Origin: Trichoplax adhaerens
Taxonomy: Eukaryota; Animalia; Placozoa
Direction of reading: 5' to 3'
Length of the DNA: 6,940 nt
NCBI RefSeq assembly: GCF_000150275.1
Contig: NW_002061264.1
Coordinates: forward strand, 1-6,940
Part shown: piece by piece, positions 1 to 5,663 of the stretch
How the letters are laid out: each line of letters begins with the position of its first letter
How positions within the stretch are numbered: the stretch's first letter is position 1
Translations under genes and position numbers: made by a program
Notes under the pieces: model-generated
What the model was told of the DNA's origin: nothing
The model's input: the letters and a program-made list of their open reading frames with translations, nothing else
Database searches by the model: none

Positions 1-52
1 AAAATGGGCTATTTCTCCCCTATAGATCATGCACCAATGCAATCAAGTAGTC

Positions 53-482
53 GATCGGTTATTGCTAGGCCTCTTTCCACTGGAGTTGATAGGGAATAGA
101 AAAGGTCAAAAGGAAGACGATCCTCCGGCAGCAATGGACGATACTCAACGTCAAGACCAATCAATGGTTCAATCAAGTGGAAAATAGCCTTACACGATCA
201 ACCCCAATTGTCTTGGCTGTATTATACAGTCTTGGTCATGGCCATCAGGCTGTAAACGAAGACGATGAAGGAATGGATGGAAGAGGATCGGTTATTTCTT
301 GGCCTCTTTTTGGTAGGGAATGAAAAAGGTCAAAAGGAAGACGATGTTCAACATCAACACCAATCAATGGTTGGATCAAGTGGAAAATAGCCTTACACGA
401 TCAACTCAAGTTGTCTTGGCTGTATTATACAGTCTTGCTCATGGCCATAAGGCTTTAAACCAACAAGATGAAGGAATGGATG
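53..482. repeat. Family A: diverged direct tandem duplication, 2 copies (~53-279 and ~286-482)
   Basis: Both copies start GATCGGTTATT..GGCCTCTTT (53 and 286). They share AAAAGGTCAAAAGGAAGACGAT, ACCAATCAATGGTT, ATCAAGTGGAAAATAGCCTTACACGATCAAC and TTGTCTTGGCTGTATTATACAGTCTTG, and both end GATGAAGGAATGGATG. Copy 2 is about 30 bp shorter through internal indels. Confidence 0.93.
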
Positions 483-533
483 TGGAATTGGTGTAGAATG
501 GATGCAATTTGGTGTGGAATGGAAGCAATTTGG
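473..533. repeat. Short GGAAT-rich minisatellite, 21-bp unit x2 plus a partial unit
   Basis: GGTGTAGAATGGATGCAATTT (490-510) and GGTGTGGAATGGAAGCAATTT (511-531) match at 19 of 21 positions. They are preceded by the related GGAATGGATGTGGAATT (473-489). Confidence 0.8.
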
Positions 534-621
534 GGGCAAAATAGTTTCCTCTGTAGGCTGCTCCTTCTTCCCTTTTAGCTGGCGGTCTAGTGGTCCTTTC
601 AAGTGTGCACAATAGTAGATG

Positions 622-647
622 GATACCGCAATAGCGCCAGCGGTATC
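622..647. other. GC-rich inverted repeat (8-bp stem, 10-nt loop), function unknown
   Basis: GATACCGC (622-629) is the exact reverse complement of GCGGTATC (640-647). A second dyad, TGGACG-ac-CGTCCA, follows at 662-675. Confidence 0.55.
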
Positions 648-705
648 ATGCGCAGTACAGATGGACGACCGTCCACTTGTAGTAGTCTGATGTGCAATTC
701 CACTT

Positions 706-726
706 TCTCTCTCTCTCTCTTCCTCT
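706..726. repeat. (CT)7 microsatellite / pyrimidine tract
   Basis: CTCTCTCTCTCTCT at 707-720 lies within a pyrimidine run just upstream of array B. Confidence 0.85.
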
Positions 727-752
727 GCAAATCAATTCCATTTCCATCATTT

Positions 753-2010
753 GAAATGGAGAGAGAGACTTTCCCTCTATTCCAGATGGATATTCACTCA
801 AATAGAGAGAGAAGCTTTCCCTCTATTCCCATTGGATATTCACTGAAAACGCTATTCAATCCGTAAAATCATACTTTGATTTGTTGCCCTGTTACAAGTC
901 TGTATGCTGCAAACGTAGTGACAAGATGGCAGCAGAAAACTAACCTTGAAACGACAAGGTGATCATGGCAGAGAGCATCTTTCTCTATAAGAAATGGAGA
1001 GAGAAGCTTTCACTCTATTCCCATTGGATATTCACTGAAAACGCTATTCAATCCGTAAAATCATACTTTGATTTGTTGCCCTGTTACAAGTCTGTATGCT
1101 GCAAACGTAGTGACAAGATGGCAGCAGAAAACTAACCTTGAAACGACAAGGTGATCATGGCAGAAAGCATCTTTCTCTACAAGAAATGGAGAGAGAAGCT
1201 TTCTGTCTATTCCAGTTGGATATTCATTGAAAACGTTATTGAATCGGTAAAATCATACTTTGATTTGTAGACGTAGTGACAAGTTGGCAGCAGAAAACTA
1301 CCCTTGAAACGACAAGGTGATCATGGCAGAAAGCATCTTTCTCTATAAGAAATGGAGAGAGAAGCTTTCTGTCTATTCCAGTTGGATTTTCATTGAAAAC
1401 GCTATTCAATCCGTAAAATCATACTTTGATTTGTTGTACTACTGCAGATGTAATGACAAGTTGGCAGCAGAAAACTACCCTTGAAACGACAAGGTGATCA
1501 TGGCAGAAAGCATCTTTCTCTACAACAAATGGAGAGAGATGCTTTCTGTCTATTCCAGTTGGATTTTCATTGAAAACGCTATTCAATCAGTAAAATCATA
1601 CTTTGATTTGTTGTACTGCTGCAGATGTAGTGACAAGTTGGCAGCAGAAAACTAACCTTGAAACGACAAGGTGATCATGGCAGAAAGCATCTTTCTCTAC
1701 AAGAAATGGAGAGAGATGCTTTCTGTCTATTCCAGTTGGATTTTCATTGAAAACGCTATTCAATCCGTAAAATTATACTTTGATTTGTTGTCCTACTGCA
1801 GATGTAATGACAAATTGGCAGCAGGAAACTACCCATGTAACCACAAGGTTATCATGGCAGAAACCATCTTCCTCCACAAATCTTATTCTATATGAAGAAA
1901 TAGAGATGCTTTCTCTCTATTTCAGTTGCATGTTCACTGAAAACCCAACCCAATCTACAACAGGATATTGGGATAAGCTGCACTCTTACAAGTTGTCAAC
2001 AGAAAACGAT
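753..2010. repeat. Family B: tandem array with a ~177-bp monomer
   Basis: Using (G)AAATGGAGAGAGA as the anchor, there is a partial head at 753-798, then units starting at ~799, 991, 1183, 1349, 1526 and 1703. Spacings are 192, 192, 166, 177 and 177 bp. A degenerate seventh unit spans ~1894-2010. Units are homologous along their whole length. Confidence 0.97.
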
Positions 2011-2046
2011 CTGTCAAACTACTAGGTTACAACAGCACAGTCTGCT

Positions 2047-2228
2047 AGAGAGCATCAGTCTCCCTCTCTCTCCATGACAGTACTTGCAAATCAATTCTTA
2101 TTGAATATGAAGATATTAAAAGATACGCTCTGACTATTCTAGTTCCATCTCATTAGAAAAGAATCATATTGAAATCCTGCAGGGTCTGCAATCCTATTTT
2201 GTTACAACACAAACGGCATTAACCTTGA
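2047..2228. repeat. Highly decayed terminal unit of family B
   Basis: Motifs appear in the expected order: AGAGAGCATC (2047-2056, identical to 970-979), TCTTATTGAATATGAAGA (2096-2113, 16/18 to 1881-1898), CTGACTATTCTAGTT (2130-2144, cf. CTGTCTATTCCAGTT) and TAACCTTGA (2220-2228). Confidence 0.65.
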
Positions 2229-2893
2229 TATCATCCATAAAGTCAAGCCCTACAATGCCAGCAACCACCACGACTACGGACAACTAATGCTATCCTACAT
2301 TGACATGGACAAACTGGCCATCAATAAAAAAAGACATTCAAGAAATCAATAGACTATCGAGGTGAAATAGAGTAATCGAAAATGACATGGGCTGCGAATG
2401 AAGTTTTGCGATCCAATTATCATCACCGCTTTTATAATGATGAGGACTTGATCATGATTACTTTTAAATCGGCAAGTACTTCATGACCTTTATCCATTAA
2501 AATTACTTTACCCTTTCGTAATAAGAAGTCATCGAAAGAAGGATAGCCAGAGTTTGGATCTGGCATGCTAAAAAAGTTTGTGAATACGACTGTATTAGAA
2601 AGACGGATCATGATAACAGTAACAGCTTGTAAAGCATTCTTGCAGGATAATGATGCGCTTATGATTATCATTATAAACGTACAAGTAACGGCGGTGATTG
2701 TATCATGATCATGAACCAAGTAAAAAGTCTCAAACTTTGATGGATGCCAACTTGATGGATGTGATTTTATCTCTCCAAACCCTCGAATTCAAAGCCGGTG
2801 TTATTCTAGCAACACTATTAAGTAGCATAGACAAAAAGTCTTCACAGCAAGACCTTGGTTTACTACATACGTACAATTATTCAGAAAAGAGCG

Positions 2894-3167
2894 GATAGAA
2901 AGAAATTGTGAAAAACTAAATCCGACGTTTGATATTGTATCATTCTATCTCAATCTAGCCATGCCATAACAAATCATCCAAAAAGCACTTTCAAGCAACA
3001 GCTCTTTTGACAAGATCGAAAGAAAGTGCAGATAGAAAGAAATAGTGAAAAATTAAATCCGACGTTTGATACTGTATCATTCTATCTCAATCTAGCCATG
3101 CCATAACAAATCATCCTAAAAGCACTTTCAAGCAACAGCTCTTTTGACAAGATCGAAATAAAGTGCA
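2894..3167. repeat. Family C: recent head-to-tail duplication, 137 bp x2
   Basis: 2894-3030 and 3031-3167 align without gaps and differ by 5 substitutions (~96% identity). Confidence 0.97.
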
Positions 3168-4122
3168 TTCATCATCCATTCATTGCTAATTTTAATCACT
3201 CCTCCAATCGATTCATTATTGCCATCATCAAGTCCTAGCAAAGACTACGTCGTCCTTGAATGCGCGTATACTTCTACCCTACCACGATCAAATCGTTCCA
3301 AGTCTGATTTATCCATGAATTATTGAACAGACCTAGAACTGCATCAATCTTGACTTGATGTGCAACGTATTTTCTTTCTTTACATTACAAGGACGAGTTA
3401 TCCATCACGGATTTATTCTATCGTACGGTTGAAGGATGCACACAGAGATAGTCCATTTCTATTCTTCATAAGCATATGGGGCCCCTTAAAGCTATTCATT
3501 GATGATGTTGCTCTATCATCTACTTTCGTACATTATCGTGCTCCTCGTTGGCAACCAGTGTTTATCATTTGTCCTATACTTTATGCCTAGATTGCTCACT
3601 CCAGCTAAGAGTAGAATGCAGAATGGGCATCATTTTGCTGATGGTCATAGGGCGCTGATGTCAACATCGCCCTAATAACAACCAACATGATTGCAGTTTA
3701 TATCAATTAACGGGACGCTTACCGTTAACAAGTTTGTTGGTGATAATCCAAGATAGCGATGGCGCTTATCGTCAAATGGATGGATATTGATCTAGGTACG
3801 AGTTGGTTGGATTGGCAATAGTTTCAATCAATTCGCTAGGCCTGCTAGTACATTCTCCAATAGCGCAAAAGGTTGGAAAACTCAAGTGAATTCCACCTGA
3901 TGATAATGGGTTGATTTTATTTTGACTTTATGTAAATAACCGGCGGGGAGGAGAATCAACTCATTACAATTCATGATATGCATCCTGTTATTCCTCTCTA
4001 CACATAGACTATCGTCGATGCTGGTCTATAATGGCACTGTCATGATGATAGTGTATAATGTACATAAATCACAGTGGAGTCGATTGCTGGTGACATTAGG
4101 CATACTCGATCACTCTATATTA

Positions 4123-5663
4123 GGCAGCGATAGTCGAATAACCCTCTATGTCTTATGAGCAAGACAAGATGATAGCCAACCTTGTGTTGATTTACTTTTC
4201 AATCGACTATTCGTGATTCGATACTACCAATAACAAACACGATTTCAACGACAGTAAACATAAAAGTGCATCATGGTAGCACTTCTTATCATGACTAGCA
4301 CCTACAGCGGTAGACTTTGCATACAACGATGGCTATACTATCCTTAAATAAAGCCAATTACAGTCATAGATTAACTCTACAATCTAGCAAGACACAATGA
4401 ACGGCCAGAGGGCATGTTTATTAGCTTTGATAGACGATCGTAAAATCTTATTCGTGGTTAGATACTACGGATAACAAGAACAATTTCAACGACAGTAAAC
4501 ATAAAAGTGTATCATGTTAGCACTTCTTATCATGACTTGCACCTACAGCGGTAGACTTTGCATACCACGATGGCTATACTATTCTTAAATATAGCCAACT
4601 AGTCAACTACAGTAATAGATGAACTCTACAATCTAGCAAGACACAATGAATAGCCAGAGGGCATGTTTATTAGCTTTGATTGACTATCGTAAAATCTTAT
4701 TCGTGGTTAGATACTACGGATAACAAGAACGATTTCAACGACAGTAGACATAAAAGTGCATCATGATAGTACTTCTTATCATGACTTGCACCTACAGCGG
4801 TAGACTTTGCATACAACGATGGCTATACTATCCTTAAATATAGCCAACTACAGGAGTAGATCAACTCTACAATCTAGCAAGACACAATGATAGCCAGAGG
4901 GCATGTTTATTAGCTTTGATAGACTATCGTAAAATCTCAACCGTGGTTAGATACTACGGTAATAAACATGATTTCAACGACAGAAACAGAAAAGTGCATC
5001 GGATGCATGATAGCACTTACAGAAATAGAAGCAGCTACAGTAGTCGATTAACTCTACGATCTAGCAAAGATACAACGATAGCCAGAGGGCATGTTTATTG
5101 GCTTTGATAGACTATCCTAAAACCTCAACTTTATCCGTGATTACATACTACGGATAACAAACACGATTTTAAGGACAGAAAACACAAAAGTGCATCGGAT
5201 GCATGATAGCACTTCTTATCATGACTAGCACCACTTTTTATTCTGGGTTGCTTTCCCACAAGATATATATATCTATATGTATATATAGAACATTGTCATA
5301 TATATAGAGAGAATATATATATATATACAATGTATACATACATATATATATATAGACAATATATTTTTCGAGTTTAACTATAACGACTGCGGTAATTCCT
5401 AGACGTTACTAGTCTATCATACATAATATCTACGACTTAGCAAGACACGATGATAGCCAAAGGACATGTTGATTAGCTTTGATAGACTATCCTAAAGGCA
5501 TATCCATGGTCAGATACTACGGATAAAAAAAGACAATTTCAACTGCTGTAGACAATCGAACACATTCTTATCATCACTATCTACCACCTACAGCAATAAA
5601 CTAACGTATACAAGACACCATAATAGCCAAAGAACCTATTTATTGGCTTGGATTGATTATGCC
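4123..5663. repeat. Family D: tandem array with a ~240-bp full-length monomer, about 7 complete or partial units
   Basis: The AGCAAGAC-like anchor occurs at 4158, 4386, 4635, 4876, 5063, 5439 and ~5609, giving spacings of 228, 249, 241, 187, 376 and 170 bp. Shared blocks include GCCAGAGGGCATGTTTATTAGCTTTGAT, GATACTACGG, ATTTCAACGACAG, AAAAGTG and GCACCTACAGCGGTAGACTTTGCATAC. The centre is homogeneous and the edges are degenerate. Confidence 0.96.
5263..5363. repeat. Interrupted (TA)n microsatellite inside array D
   Basis: About 100 bp of ATATAT runs are broken by short C/G-containing interruptions and a short GAGAGA. Confidence 0.92.

Noticed and set aside
473-533. GGAAT repeats as human-type satellite II/III or a telomeric repeat
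   Set aside because: Only a few non-contiguous pentamers occur within a 21-bp unit, with no sustained array.
587-647. Canonical Helitron 3' end (hairpin plus CTAG) on the minus strand
   Set aside because: CTAG (587-590) is about 30 bp from the hairpin, further than the usual ~10-15 bp, and no matching 5' end was identified.
393-866. ORFs 393-602 (-) and 603-866 (+) as genes
   Set aside because: They are short and run through repeat A, the 21-bp minisatellite, the (CT)n tract and the start of array B. Their peptide periodicity is just translated DNA repeat.
1482-1484. In-frame TGA (TGT in unit 6) as selenocysteine or recoded Cys, giving one long repeat protein
   Set aside because: Units 1, 2 and 5 have an in-frame TAA two codons earlier and unit 3 is frameshifted, so read-through would not give a continuous ORF.
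753-2010. Array B as a CRISPR array
   Set aside because: Units are 166-192 bp and homologous end to end. There are no unique spacers between short repeats and no cas gene in the window.
3897-3903. CTGATGA hammerhead core motif
   Set aside because: It is not followed by a stem II and GAAA, so it is an isolated heptamer.
2698-5107. Remaining track ORFs (2698-2898, 3360-3590, 3973-4158, 4916-5107; also 1780-2025)
   Set aside because: They are 61-81 aa, mostly with non-ATG starts and no recognisable motifs. Two lie inside repeat arrays in frames not conserved between units. All are consistent with chance.
4123-5663. Array D as a CRISPR array or hammerhead-ribozyme (retrozyme-like) repeat
   Set aside because: There are no unique spacers, and I found no CUGANGA...GAAA hammerhead core in the monomer on either strand.
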